From assembly GCF_001194135.2 (NCBI RefSeq), contig NC_068991.1:24387810-24437094 (forward strand): a stretch of 49,285 bases of DNA, given 5' to 3'. The DNA is from Octopus bimaculoides. Lineage: Eukaryota. This document shows positions 21,895 through 36,900 of this stretch, in pieces. The notes beneath the pieces were generated by a model, which made no database searches, was not told the origin of the DNA, and worked only from the letters and a program-made list of their open reading frames with translations. Every line of letters starts with the position of its first letter. Position 1 is the first letter of the stretch. A program made the position numbers and the translations under genes.

Positions 21895-22136
21895 AGGCTT
21901 TTACTTTGTTTTGCAAGTTACTTGGGCACCTCAGTAATGCTGATGCCACAATAAAAGCATCCACTGTATTCTGTAAAGTGGTTGGGGTTAGTTAGGGCAT
22001 CTATCCATAGAAACAATGCCAAAGCAGAAATCGGAGCCCAATGCAGTCCTCTGGCTAATTAGATTTTGTTGAACCACCAAACCCAGTCAACAGGGAATAT
22101 CATCATTCATGTTCATTAAATGATGATGATGATGAT
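21895..22136 (+). mobile_element. Degraded SINE/LINE-tail repeat ending in (TGA)n
   Basis: TAAAAGCATCC...CTGTAAAGTGGTTGGGGTTAG...GGGCATC...TAAATGATGATGATG. Same family as 49046-49285. Confidence 0.7.
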
Positions 22137-22189
22137 ACACAAATCTTACAAGATTAATACAAAAATTAAATTACAAATTAGCAAGCAAC

Positions 22190-22831
22190 ATTTTTTTTTT
22201 TTTTAATAATTGTGAATATAAGGCTGAACAAAAGAAAAAAGAATGCTGAAATATAGACAGGAAAAAATATCAAACTAACTTTCATTTCAAAATTGTGTGG
22301 CACAATAAAAGTTTATTTACAAGAATAATTGGGGGGAAAGGTAAAAAAAAAAAAAAAAAGATACATCTTTGCAACAAAACTAAACTTGTTAGTGAAGAAT
22401 ATAATAGAATATAGTTGAATTCTATAGTGGGTTTGGGTTTCAGTAAAATTATAATGAAACACTTTCTTCCCCTCAACCAGCTTTACAGATAACTTAATAC
22501 ATTAGACAACTCTTTTAGAGTCAATGAATAGTCTTACTGATACTTGCCTTATGGTGTTTAAACAAACGGGTTCATTACGGTTCAAAGACTTTCATTTAGT
22601 CTAAGAATAAATAACAAAAAAATATTATCCCAATAATTAATGATAAAAAGAATTTTTTAGATACTAAACCACTGGCCCCAAACTTTCNNNNNNNNNNNNN
22701 NNNNNNNNNNNNNNNNNNNNNNNNNNNNNNNNNNNNNNNNNNNNNNNNNNNNNNNNNNNNNNNNNNNNNNNNNNNNNNNNNNNNNNNNNNNNNNNNNNNN
22801 NNNNNNNNNNNNNNNNNNNNNNNNNNNNNNN

Positions 22832-22868
<37 letters not shown>

Positions 22869-23044
22869 CATAAATAGCTAAAAGTAAATTTATCTATATC
22901 TTAAGAACTTCAAAATGGGAACATTTGTTAGTATACTAGCTTCAATTCTTGAAGACTATTTCTTTTTGTCTTGTATGTATGCTTGCAAATGCGTATGTGC
23001 ATAAAACTATGCATTTGTGTGCTCTACTTGTATATCTAAGCTTA

Positions 23045-23080
<36 letters not shown>

Positions 23081-24873
23081 TGTATGTATGTATGTATGTA
23101 TGTATGTATNNNNNNNNNNNNNNNNNNNNNNNNNNNNNNNNNNNNNNNNNNNNNNNNNNNNNNNNNNNNNNNNNNNNNNNNNNNNNNNNNNNNNNNNNNN
23201 NNNNNNNNNNNNNNNNNNNNNNNNNNNNNNNNNNNNNNNNAATCCTTTATAATTTACTTATATCTATGGTTTATTTCTAAATTTTGCTTTTAATAACAAC
23301 TTTTAACATCACAATGGAAAAGGAAATGAATTATTGGAGATGGGTATATAAAAATGAAAATTGTTTTGCTTTTTTTTCAGTTTTTCTTCTTCAAAGACAA
23401 TGTTTAAGAAAGTAGTGAAAAAATTAAAACATGATTAGAAAAATGTTGTAATCTTTTGGTTTTTCTTTCTTTTTGTTTATTTGTTTATTTTGCTTATCTT
23501 TTTTCCTTTGATTCAAAAGAAAAATTTTGTAGTTTCCCCCTCTTATATTTTTGGTATTTTGAAGATTTTATTAGAAAAAATAAGAAAAGAAAACAAGATA
23601 GTATTATTTTTTTTACTTCTTTTTATACTTTTGTTGTTATTTTCTTACAAAAAATGCTTTTGTGATGGTCATAATGAGAAGTTTCAGATGGTCAAAGAAT
23701 CAGAAGATGTGGGACAAAAATGCTTAGAGGTGTTGATGAGGAGGCATATATGGTGAAAATAGGTGTGAAATGTTGGAAGCAATTAAACACTGGCAGAAGT
23801 ACATGCTAGTGAGATTAGTTCAACTAAATGCTGACATTCTGTGAAAGTATGTTTTTACCATTGTAAAGAGAAATGATAAATAAATTAAAAATGAACGATT
23901 GAAAAGATGAAGAAAACATTAGACATTATTAAAACATTCACAAAAAAATAGAATGTTACAAGGCCAGATTTATTAATAAATGAGAAAAAAAAAGAACTAA
24001 GAGGTTAATTTCTTTTTCTTGTGGGGAGAGGAATTAATTTTAGCTTTAGCTAGGTATATTATTCACGATGTCCCATATCCACATAGAAAAGGTATTATGA
24101 TAAACCTATTTTCCATTAAGCATGTTTTAAAATAAGAGAACCTCATGTAAAGCAATAGCAAAATTAAAAAATTAATTAAATGCAAAATAAAAAAAAAAAT
24201 ACAAACTAAACAATTGACAATATTTAATTTCTAATGAAAGAATATATCTACCCAGCTTTCTTAACTTATCAATAATGTTAAATTAAAGAAAGGAAGAAAA
24301 AGTTTTACCCATTAACATTTGAAAGTTTCAATTCCTCATATAGCATATTGTCATATACTATATGTCATTATACTCAACCACTCTTAATTTTGTTCCTCAT
24401 AAGTTTCAACAGTCAGGGATCATTGTTTAAATATACTCCAAAGTTATGCATATATGAATAGTGACCCTAAGTAGAACGAGAGAGTACATCATGGCAATGT
24501 ATCTAAAACAATTTGTTCATTTTCTTTTTCTTTTTTTAACTAATCTCTATGGTCCAGTTTAATGGCTGAAGTATACAAATGTCACTGAACAATTAGTCAA
24601 TAGTCAGTTGTGATTTTGTTTTTGTTTAAAAACAGAACGTGTACATTATGATAAGAACTAGGAGTTTTGTAACCCAAAACTATATGTTGATGGTAGAACA
24701 AAAAGATGTGATTGCATTAAATACAGTAGACTTACAAGGAAAATATAGTGAAATGAAAGAAATAAAGAGATGAGAGGGGGATTGCTTGGAATAGCAGCTA
24801 AAGCCAATATTAGGCAATGAGACCAGATTCCAGAGAAACTATCACAAGAGCAAATGACCAAATGCTCCTCAGA
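22190..24873 (-). other. XPO1: Probable long AT-rich XPO1 3' UTR; end position uncertain
   Basis: SINE-free AT-rich sequence downstream of the stop. Several AATAAA/ATTAAA hexamers on the minus strand (near 23970, 22312 and 22203). No transcript evidence. Confidence 0.4.
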
Positions 24874-25020
24874 TTAGTCTTGCATTTCTTCGGGAATTTC
24901 ATGTGGACCAATAATACCAGGAACTGCCATCTGAATTTTCCGTTTTTCCTCTTGAGCTTGTCGGATAGAAGCTTCTCGTTCCTCCAAAAATAAATCACTG
25001 TTGTCTTCACCAGCAAATTC
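24874..25020 (-). CDS. XPO1: XPO1 last coding exon: [48 protein letters not shown]
   Basis: 147 nt including TAA at 24874-24876. Confidence 0.96.
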   Translation of the reverse strand, partial: EFAGEDNSDLFLEEREASIRQAQEEKRKIQMAVPGIIGPHEIPEEMQD

Positions 25021-27940
25021 CTATTTTAAATAATTAACAATAAAAAACTCCATGATAAAGTGTGTTATGAACAAAAGCCACAGGTCAATTAATTATTCTA
25101 CAAAGAATAAATCCTTTCTGAGAAATAACTAATCTAAATTACACTATTTCTTGATGATGTTTTGATGCAGGTTTGCTAAAACTAGAGATATTGTAAAATT
25201 TGAAAATTTTGAATGTTCCATTGCCATATATTGCTGTTCAAAAACACTGCTTTTGTTTCAATTTAATTTTTAAAATAATGAAGAATTTAGTAAAATAATT
25301 TAGTCATTATTAAGTTCATGTTTGAGATATACATTAACACAGAATTTTTATGGTAGGTTTTTAACTTAAGTAACTTTAGAATAGGAAATTTATATTGCAG
25401 AACTAGGATCAGTCTTAAAGCAAGCTGGTATTAAAAGGGTCAAAACAAGATTTGAAAAACAGAATTGGTAATGATTAAATAAATATAAAATTTAACTTAC
25501 ACGTATCTGCACCAAGAAATCCCTCAAATGTTCTTTAAAAGCTGGGATATCCTGATTGAAACTGAACAAGCCATCAATGAAAACTTTGATTTGGGGCCTG
25601 AAATAAATATTAACCATGCATTACAAATGTACATATATTATATCCACTGAAGAAAGTAGAAACTTAATCGATATGTTCAGCTATCAAAGACACACCATAA
25701 CCTCCATAATGGTTGAATTCTAGCATTCTTTAAGAATGACAGAATTATAACAAGTTGGTGCTATCTCAACATGGTACGAGACACTAAAAGTCAAAATTTA
25801 TCCATGATGTAACCCTTAAAATATGATTTATAATCTGAAAAGGTTCAAACTTAAACTGCAATCCTAAAACAGCTGATTTTAAATCATGCTGATGTGGAAA
25901 TATAATTAAAAAAATTTCTACATTCTGTCTGTGCATATTTGAAGACAAAGACTGCTGATGTTTCAGTACTTAAAAAAAAGGAACCCTATTCACAAAATAG
26001 AAAATAAAGGTATTATTCTGTAAAAAAAAATCTCAACAGACAAAATATATCTATTCTTGAAGGGATCAGCTCTGTTTTCTTCCTAGCATAAAAATGGTAG
26101 GTTAATAGATAAACATAACAGAAAGAAATCAAAATAATTTGACTGTAAATATTCACTATATATATATATACATACAGATTCCTATGTTTTATTGGAACAT
26201 GAAAATAAGTATATATTTTTTTATCATAACCATTTACTGGTATAAAATTATCAAACCATATACCGGTATAAAATGAATATTGTTTAATTAAGCCACATAG
26301 TTTGTGCAACCATAATTTTCAGCAGTTCAAAATGAACAAAACCTTTAAGCTACCAGAATATAGCAAGATGTAAGAAAATCATCAACGATATACACATTTG
26401 TAATATTCAATCAAATGGAAGATAATTTTTGTAATTTCCAAATGTTTCTGCAAATTACAAAAATTACCTTCCATTTTAAGAATAAAACCATTCACATAAA
26501 AATATTTTAAACATGAAACCACTTGGGAAAATGTTATAGGCTGTACAGCCTTCATAAACATCTAGCCATATAATGTAATTTTAAATCTTTTTACTTACTC
26601 ATTTAAGTGAGGGAAAGCTGCCTTTAAAAGATTCAGCAAAAATTGTTGAATGTACGTAATATTTTGTGTATTTTGTATATTAGGCCCCAAAGAAACTGTG
26701 ACTTTATTTGCTTCAAGCAAGCTAAACATGTAAGCAAGAATAGTTGCATGCATTGTCAAACCTACAAAACAAAAAAACATTTACATATCAATAAGCAATT
26801 ACAAAAATGTAATATCAATAAACAAGTTGCATTTATTAATCAACTACAAAAGATTTAACTCAGTAAAAATTAAAAAAAAAACTTAATCTGTAAAGATTCA
26901 TGCCTAATTAGTCCAGCAGTTCTTTAATGGAAAACTACGACCACCACCACTCCCAACAAAAAACATTGGTGAAATCCACTCCACACTTTATTAATGCGAA
27001 AAAATAGAGTTTGCCTCTATATAATCCTTCTTCTTCACCATGGTTTTGGACAAGTTAAAAAAGTTTTAAAACCAACTTAAAATTATGAAACAGCAATATG
27101 TCTACCTTCTTTTCAATGCTTACACCCTCGCCTTTGATGAGAAACACTGTATTAGACAACAGTTTCACTAGTTAGAAAAGAACTATCAATTCCACATCAT
27201 GAAAGAACAGTTTGCATTAATAACAACAGCAAGCTGTAAAAACATACTTCTAAAACTAAAAGGTTTATCTTAAGCATGGTGAAAACAATCAACTCCACAA
27301 GAAGGGTGAAAAATAAAGTTAGCCTCAGAAGGAGTTGCAGAACCAAAGAAATACTACAAAGTATTTTGTCTGACGCTCTAATGAACATGCCAATCCACTG
27401 TCCACTGCTAATATTTTATTTTTTTATTTTATTTACCACAAGGGTGACGCATGAGGTAATATTACAAGGAGTGGTTTACAGAAGTGAGAATGTTTAAACT
27501 GAAATCTAACAAGCAAGAATAAGAAAGTCAAAGTATACAAAATTATATGACTTTTGAATAACATTCCAAAGGACACCACAGATCCTAGACGATTCTCACT
27601 ACCAAAGGTTTCTTCTCATCTTCTCACAGCTGTAATTCCCCACCAATTCATGCACACAAAAAGTAGGTTGATTCAAATGGGCTATATTTGCCACTTTCAC
27701 CTAGATCATCATTGTTTAATGTCCGTTTTCCAAGCTGTCATAGGTTGGATGGTTTAACCGAGTTCTGGAGAACCAGCAGTTGCACCAGGCTCCAATTTGA
27801 TCTGGCAATGATAATACAGCTGGATGCCCTTCCTAACGGCAAACAATCCGAGAATGTAACAAGTGCTTTTCATGTGCCACTGGTACAGGAGCCAGTCAGG
27901 CAAGCCTGGCATCGATCACGTTTGGATAGTGCCTTTTACG

Positions 27941-27983
<43 letters not shown>

Positions 27984-30900
27984 TTGAAACAAAGGCAATG
28001 TATTCCAAAGGAAATATGGTAACAATAGGGTTAAGAAATATGAAGAAAAAAACGCCAAGTAGATTTGGTCAAAAGAGGGATAGAAGTTTTAAGAACAATT
28101 TTAATAAACTAGGTGCCACTTACCAGCAGTATGTGAACTATCTGTAACAACTGAAAATATATGTTGTAAGATATCTGTAAAATAAGTTTGGTAGAAACTT
28201 TGCGCTGCATTTTCATGTTGTGCTACATTTTGCAACAACGTATAAAGTATATCAAGCCCAATATCGGCCACATTCCTCATTGTATGCTTGAAAGCCCAGA
28301 TAATTGAATCCAACACCAATTTGAATTGAGCTGGAGGAATATCCAATAGAGCTGGAAACAAAAAAAAAATAACAAAATAAATAAGAAATCTCAACTGCAA
28401 AGCAAAAAAAAAATATATAAAATGAAAAGCATTTGGCCCTTTCAATACTGACCCACCCAAGACCATCCTATATTCTTATTAACACCACATATGTACACAC
28501 ACAAAATCTCAAAGTCTTGTTGAATGACAATGCAAGATACCAATAAACAACTGTCAGTTGATGTACATCAAACACTGGTTTAATATTCCAATAAAAGAAA
28601 TTCATTAATTTAGAAAATCTTATCAAAATTATCGTTTTAAATATTTACTGTAATACACAGGTGGTTCTACTGTCATTAGAAATGATAGTGAAATGAAAGA
28701 GTTTAGAGATTTTAGCGAAACAGTAATAGTTACGTTAATTTTTACTTAATAAATTACTCCCAACAAGTATAATATTCATTATCTAGAGGTTTCTATGGAA
28801 TTATTTTAAGGCACTAGTTTTCTTGATTGTATGTTAATCAACATTTAAGTTAAAAATAAAGACTTTCTTACCTTGGAAACAGTGGAAATTGACTGCTTGT
28901 AATAATAAGAAAAAGTTGGTTCTGTGCTCTGGGAATTCCTCAAAATCCTAAAAGAAAACCGGGTAATAAATTAATAGTGATCTGCTATATTAATACATAG
29001 ACATCCATTACAGAAAATAGAATGGTTTATTTAATTCACTCCATTACACGACAGGGTTCTATTTTATCAACCATAAAGGAATGAAAGAGAAAATTAACTC
29101 AGAATATAAAAAGAATATAACTGAATAGTGTATGTTATTCAGTGTAGCTCTCTACAGTTTCTGTCATTTACTGAGAGACACTACATTTAGTATGGGTCTA
29201 CAATTTCTATCATTTATTGATAAACTGAAATCAGGGACAGAAAAAAGAAAAAAATAATAATAACTAGCTGAACCTGTAAAAACTTCACAGGAAATAAAAA
29301 ATGTAAGCATCTGTAAATTGTGTGCTGATGCCATGAGAAATTGTGACACTTACAGAATATCGAAAGCCGTGTAAAACTGATAACTATATAATCCAACCAA
29401 AAAAAAATCTGTTATGCAAACGTAAACAGAATTACTATTTAGCCTTAAAATACATCATACATATTCAAAGAACCTTCTTGGTTTAGTGGTACGGTATTCT
29501 TTTATTCTTTTGTTTCAGTCATTTGACCATGCTTTAGTCAAAGTAATCGACCCCTGGACTTATTCCCTGTAAGCCTGGTGCTTATTCTATCAGTTTCTTC
29601 TGCCAAACAGCTAAGTTACAGGGACGCAAACACACCAACATCAGTTGTCAAGCGATGGTGGTGGGGGATAAGCATACACACATATATACGACAGGATTCT
29701 TTCAGTTTCCGTCTACGAAATTCACTCCTGAGGCTTTGGTCAGTCCAAGTTGAAAGTAGGAGACACTCTTTAAAGTATAGAGTTGAATTTTGTGTAGCCA
29801 CCTGTTGGCAACTTTTCTCCCCCACCCATTTTGTAGAGGGTATTACCCATTGTTCTGGGCTCTTTTCACAGCTATACCCCATTGAAAATTTGCATAAAAA
29901 AAAGGACTTCGCCACCTTAATAATCATCATCATTTAACATCCATCTTCCATGCATGCAAGGTAGGACGGCCGACAGGAGCCAACCAGGTAGAAAAACTAC
30001 TCTAAGTTACTGTCTGTTTTGGCAGGGATTTTACGGCTAGATTCCCTTCGTAACACCAACCACTCCGCAGAGTGGACTCAGTGCTTTTTACGTGGCACTA
30101 GCACAGACAAAGTTAGTGTTGGCATGATTTTAACAGCTGGATGCCCTTCCAAACGCCAACCACGTTAGTGTGGGCTGGATGCTTTTAACATGGCATCAGC
30201 ACTGGCAGGGTAACCAAGTAACTTGCAAGACAAGGAATTATGAGAGTGGCAAGGCATTTCAGGAGGGGAACTTGTGTCAGAGGATGAAAGGTTACAGTTT
30301 GACAAAGAGGCCTGAAATTTTGGGGAGTATGGTTAGTCAATTACTTCATCCACAGTGCTCAACTGGTACTTATTTCACTAACCCCAAAAGGATGAAAGGC
30401 TTTCAACTTCTGCAGCATTTGAACTCAGGACATAAAGACAGACGAAATGCCACTGCATTTTGTCCAGTGTGCTAACAATTTGCTAGCTCACCAGCTTATT
30501 ATTATTAATAACAATAATAATTTTATAACACAGGCACTAAATAAAAATAAAAACATTGGGTTGAGAAGGTGTCATTTTTAAGCTGACTTCAGGGCTTGAT
30601 TGGCAAATATTTATCAACCCAAAAGAATGAAACTCAAAATCAATCTCAGTAGAATATGAACTTGGAATGTAGAGTAGGGACATGTGTATGTATATCTGTA
30701 TTCTATTCTTTGAGGGTTTCAATGAAGGAGAATAGCACTGATCGGAGTCATCTCAATGTTGTCCTTCAAAAACATCTCTTGCTAAGAGACACAAAAGAGC
30801 ATATTCACTACTTTGAAATTAATGATAACATTGTATAACATGATTTTTGTCCTTGAGTAGCAACTGTTATTTCCTATTTGCTTACCCATAGAAAGTATGG

Positions 30901-33900
30901 AAAATGGCTATTTCCTTCCAACTTTGCTTTTGTTACATTTATTCAAACCCCAAAAAACCCTCTCAACACATGGCTATGATGCTCTCCAACAACTCCTGCT
31001 CATGATCAGAGATGCACATATTGTCAGCCACTAAAGGACATGCTCAAGTGGTTATGGTCAAGCAACTGACAAGCAAATCTGAATTATTGAGCAGAATATT
31101 TACTATAACAATATTTCTGCTTCAGCAACTCAGTGCTGAAGCTGTCTGAAATATAATGGAAAATAAGTCCAGGTCACAAAAGCAAAGTTTGAAGGGAATA
31201 GTTGTCATTTCTTTTAATTTCTAGATAGAAGCAAATAAGAAATAACACTTACTGGCCAAAGACAAAAAAATATTTCAATTTTGTTACACAATGTAATTAT
31301 TATAATAATGAAAATACTAATAGTTAGTATACTTTCAAAATTTTAAGCTGAGTTTATTATTTCATAAAATGACAAATTTTTAACAATACAAACCTTGTTA
31401 ATCATATCTAGAGTACATTCAAATACAGCATCAAATATTTGAGGAATTTCTTCTGTTATATGGCTCTAGAAAATATTTAAAGCAATATTATAATCAATAT
31501 ACATTTATGAATAATAAAAAGTTCAGCTTACATAATTAGGAGTTGTTAAATTTTTTTTTGTTACCTTTAATTAACTAAATGAGATATTTACAAACATAAG
31601 CTTAATGCTTTTTGAAGAGAAGGAATATCATTTATGGAATTGGAAATATTTAAAAAGTTTATGATTGATAAGCATTCACTTATAAAGCAGATCAGTTGTT
31701 CAGTTCATATATTCCTTACTGAAACTGATTCCAATCTTTCTATTAGAATTTGCAGAATTTCATGAAATGTGACCCTATAAACAAGCAAATTCATAATAAT
31801 TAAATAGTCTAAAGTGAATCACAAACTCAAGTGTATATACTACTTAAAGATTCCATTAACTAAACTCAAGAGTTTTCATGCAATTATATATCAATATGTA
31901 TAATTATTATTTTAATTTTTTTTCAGTAGAAAAACCCAACAAATTACTTTTACAATCAATGCAGTTGTGCAAAAGCATGTCACACTAAGGGATATAACTA
32001 CAATTTCTCCACACACACACACACACACACACAGTAAATGCCATTAAGTATGTGGGCTTAATAATTTCTGGTTTGGTACACAGGTGCACGTTTAGGCTAC
32101 CAGGGTAGGTTAGATTCCAAACCATGATGAAGTTAACTCAACCAGGAGATGAGAAGGTAATAGAAAAGCCTAAGTTTGTGGCAAACATTTGCACCAACTT
32201 TCTGCTACCAGCATTCCCAAAAAATGTGACTGGGTAGTCTAACAGTCAGGCTGTGGGAACCTCATACATCAAGATCAACAGAAGTATCAACTGAATATAT
32301 TACACACACAAAGAAGGTGGTAGTCAGGTTTTTGTTTAGAAAGGTAAAAATAAAAAGGGAAATAATGAAGATAATTCAGTATCTCACATGACAGATGCAA
32401 TATGAATACATGCAAGAATAAGTGAAGCTCAGAAACAATAAAATAAAAAATTTAATGATGTGCAGATCCAAAGAAATAGGCATCGGAGAGTTACTAAAAT
32501 GAAACTGCAGAAGAGAAAAATTTACTAAAGAAATTTTAGTAAATGCCAATAAATGTAGTTTTCTGTATTCTAACTTTATCTTACAATCAGTTTTGGTACA
32601 TTTTAATAAAGTAAAGATATATGCTGCTACAGCACAAACAGCTGTACAAGAATAAATAAAAGAAAAATATTTACCGCTAAAGTGTTAACTATAGTGGCCA
32701 TGGTACTAAGAACTTCTGGTTCTCGAGCAGCAGGTACATTTCTCTGGTAGTCTAATAGTACAGCATCCAGCAATGGGGGAATAAAGTTACCAGCAACCTG
32801 ACATTTCAAAGGAAGATTTTAAAATTTGAGTCTACACTTTGAAAGAAATCTTTTACAATGAATCAAAAAATTAACTTAGCACAATTGATTTAAATCTTAA
32901 ATAAAAAAGAATTATCATCACACCTGTACGATTGAAGCTTATGTCAGTGTATAGCTGACATGTACTTCAATTTTCAAAACAATCAGAAATTAACTTTTTT
33001 CATTTATAGGCTTACTTAACAAATGTTTGGAGTGCAAGATTTCAGTGAAAATTTTAATTTAAATATAAACATTTTAATCAGAAGCATTACTATCAAAGGG
33101 CATTTTCTATGAAATATGAAATTACAACACCCACACCCTATTTTTCTAACTAGGTTCAATGCTCATATTCTTGTTACTTGTGAGTATACCCTAGCACTAC
33201 ACCAAGTCTCTTCTGCTCTCTCTTACACTTATGCTGTTTCCTGCTATCCTTTTGTTCATTCTCTCTCCCCTTCTCTTGCTCTCCCTCTGACTAAGTAACC
33301 AAGTATCACCTTTATATCAGCACATTTGTTTCTGGCCTCTTTCTTGTACCTCTCTCTCACTCTCTATCTCTTTTTCTCTCTCACTGGGTAACCATGTATC
33401 TCCTCTATAGCAAGACAGCTATTTCTGCCTCTCTATTTCTGTTACACTCTAGCCTTTCATCATTTGATATTGGATCACCTGCTTCTGTTTCTCTGTCTTT
33501 GTCACACTAACCTTTCATGCACCGAGACAAGTTCCCCTCCTCAAATGCTCTGCCCCTGTCCTAATTCCATGTCTTGTGAGTTACTTGGTTACCCTGCCAG
33601 TGCTGGTGCCACATTAAAAGCATCCAGTCCACACTGTAACGTGGTTGGTGTTTGGAAGAACTTCCAGCAGTAAAATCCCTGCCAAAACAGATACAGTAGC
33701 CTAGAGTAGTTATTCTACATGGCTGGCTCCTGTCAACCGTCCTACCATGCATGCATGGAAGATGGATGTATGATGATGATGTAATGCTTGTTTATTCACA
33801 TTGATATGAATTAGTCATGCCTTACCTTATAGCTTTGATATTCCAATGTCATGATTGCTTATTTTTAGAATATTGTAGGATAAGTGTGAGAGGCTGAATT

Positions 33901-36900
33901 TGGCCAGTTTGAAGATAATACAAGTAGATTATTTTGGCCAGATATGGCTGGATTAAATGCTAAAGGGTTAAATTCCAATGATCTACAATTATGTATTTTC
34001 AATAAAATTAGGGATATGCATTTGCATTATATTGTATGACCATGGCACCATCATATTCTGAATGGCCTGCTGATGATCTCTATCACTTTTGCAATCCAAA
34101 TTCAGAAATATCTATACCTTATCCAAAAACTAGCCACAGTTATTTTTTTATTTTCTTTACATTTTGTAAAGTCTCCAACTGTAAGTCTTCCCAAGCTGAA
34201 ATCACTACGTACTGAAGTAATATTAATTACAAAAAAAAAAACCATTCAAACTCCACTTCAGACATTGAAATAAATGTTATTTCTTTACTACCCACAAGGG
34301 GCTACACACAGAGGGGACAAACAAGGACAGACAAACAGATTGAGTCGATTACATCGACCCCAGTGCATGACTGGTACTTATTTAATCGACCCCGAAAGGA
34401 TGAAAGGTAAAGTCGACCTCTGCGGAATTTGAACTCAGAACGTAGCGGCAGACGAAATACCGCTAAGCATTTCGCCCGGCATGCTAACGTTTCTGCCAGC
34501 TCGCCATTGAAATAAATGTGTTGATGAAAATTTCATAGTATTTACAATCACATTTATAATCGCAGAAATGGCTTTAACTTGCATCACATTGAAGCTACAA
34601 GATTTCAATGACATAATTATTTATTTTTAGAATGATATTGTAGGGAAGGTACAAGAGGCCAGATCTGGCTGGTTTGAATATAAAACAGGTAAAATATTTG
34701 GGCTGGATATGGCTGCTTTCAATACTAGAGTTAAATGATATAGATCAGCTAGGCTATAGCTAAGCAAGGAACAAAAAGATAGGATACCCAACAACAACCA
34801 CAACAACTGCTGTGTGTTAAAATATAGCAAACAAGTTCATAAATTATACAGGAAAAGAATTCCTATTTACAGTAAAGTAGGTTTCTATAGAGGAGAACGT
34901 ATTTACCATTTGTGGATCTGCAGATCGACTGACCCAACCAGAAATTAGCTTGAGGGTCTCTTTCTTTACTGTTCGCATACTTCTGATGAGAGGCTGTTTT
35001 GTAACACTCTCTCCATTTGTAGCAATTGCACTGCTAATATTTTCACTCATCACTTTGTAAACATTAAGCATGTCCAAATAAATTCGTCCAAGCTGAAAGT
35101 AAATTTTAATCCAATTTTTTAATAACAGGGGAGTTCAGTAGCATTTCAATTACAAAAAATAAGCTTTTTCTTAAAATTTATCACATCTGTAACTAGTACA
35201 CAAAAGACACAAGAAAAAAAATCTTATAACTATTTTTTTGAAGTCTTTATAGGCATAACATAATTCAGTTTATGAATATAGAAACGGCATAGCTGCATAG
35301 ATATGGAGTTTGCTTCATAAACATGGTTTCAGGCTCTATCCCACTGCATGGCACCTTGAGCAAGTGTCTTTCTACTGGAGCCTTGGGTTGACCAATGGCT
35401 TGTAAGTGGAGTTGGTAAACAGAACTATATAGAAACCCATTATGTATGAGGGTGTCTAAATGTCATGCATGACAACACTGGAATGAAATGGTGATGACAT
35501 GTCTATGTCACCAATAAACAATACCTTGTTTATCCCTAATTCTTGTGAGAAGAAATGAAAAAATATCCCTTACTTGAAAAAACAGGTAAGAGTTAGTAAC
35601 AAGAAGAATTTCCAGCCTTATAAACAAAATCAAGATGTGAACAATGAAATAAAATCCGTGAAACAGTTAGTTGTACTGTTGGAACTTATAATGGTGTAAT
35701 GGACACAGAAAGTAGATGTATGACGTGCATTCCAGAAGTCTTGAAACTCTTTTTTTTTGTTTTAGGAGAGGCAGTTATAACTTTTCTAGATTATTCTAAT
35801 TTTAGTACATAACTATACATCTGATAAACTGACCTGCCAACTTTTGCTATTTCAAATTGAAGTAGACAGTTGTAACAGCACATTGAATACACTCTATTAA
35901 ACACTGCTTGTCACAACTGACTTGTTTGCAGAATGCAGCCAGGACATTTGGAAGCTCAATATGAAATAAAGTTTTGTGTTAAACTGGGCAAAACACTACA
36001 GAAATTTATGAAATGCTCCAAGGCTGAATATGGATTAACTTTTTTGCTGGCACAACAGTTCCAAAGATGGTTTGAGAGGAGGTAAGAGATGATGAGAAGA
36101 GGTGTAGAAGGGAGAGGGACATCAGATTGTCAAAGATGGTTGAGAAAATTCAAAATTTTCTGGATGAAGACAATCATGTGTCTATAAAGACAATAAGATA
36201 CAGTTTGGAGTTGGTGTGGCAACTATACACAGAATTATTCATGAAGATCTGAACATGCGCAAAATTTGAGCAAAGTTTGTTCCCAGGATGCTCAATGACA
36301 AGTATTCTGGTAACCAACTACTTGACAGAGATGGGAAGTTATTTTGAAGATAAAGGAGGCTGTGACAAGGGTCCTGGACACCTTCACTTTGGAGGACCTT
36401 CATGGAGGCGTTCACAAAGTGACTGGAAGACTACAGAAAGTGCATTAAAGTTGGAGGATCCTACTCGGTAGAGTTTTGTACTTCTTTGAAATTAATAAAT
36501 GTCTCACATGAAAACTTCTGGAATGCACTTTGTATATAAATTAAACTATTATACCAACCTGTAACACATATGGATGCCCTAAAGCCTTACATGCTCGAAC
36601 ATTCGTTTTTAAAATATTACTAAGTTGTTTCACAGCATCAGGATCCTTTAGAACTTCTACATTCTAAAAAAGGAAAAAGTAAATGTTCGAAATTTTACTT
36701 CATTTTATATCAATTTCAAAACATCAGAGTTATTTCAAAAAATATTTCTAAATAATGCACCTACATATGTTACTGAACAGCATGCATAATGTTCAACAAA
36801 CAGCAAATTCTTGAAATGGAATTACAATAAATTTGTAATCAACAATTTTTAAAATTAATTCTATGGATTATATCAGTTCTCACTGACAGTAGCAAGTATT

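Noticed and set aside
25652-25680. CTGAAGAAAGTAGAAAC
   Set aside because: There is no room or complementarity for stem II; chance match.
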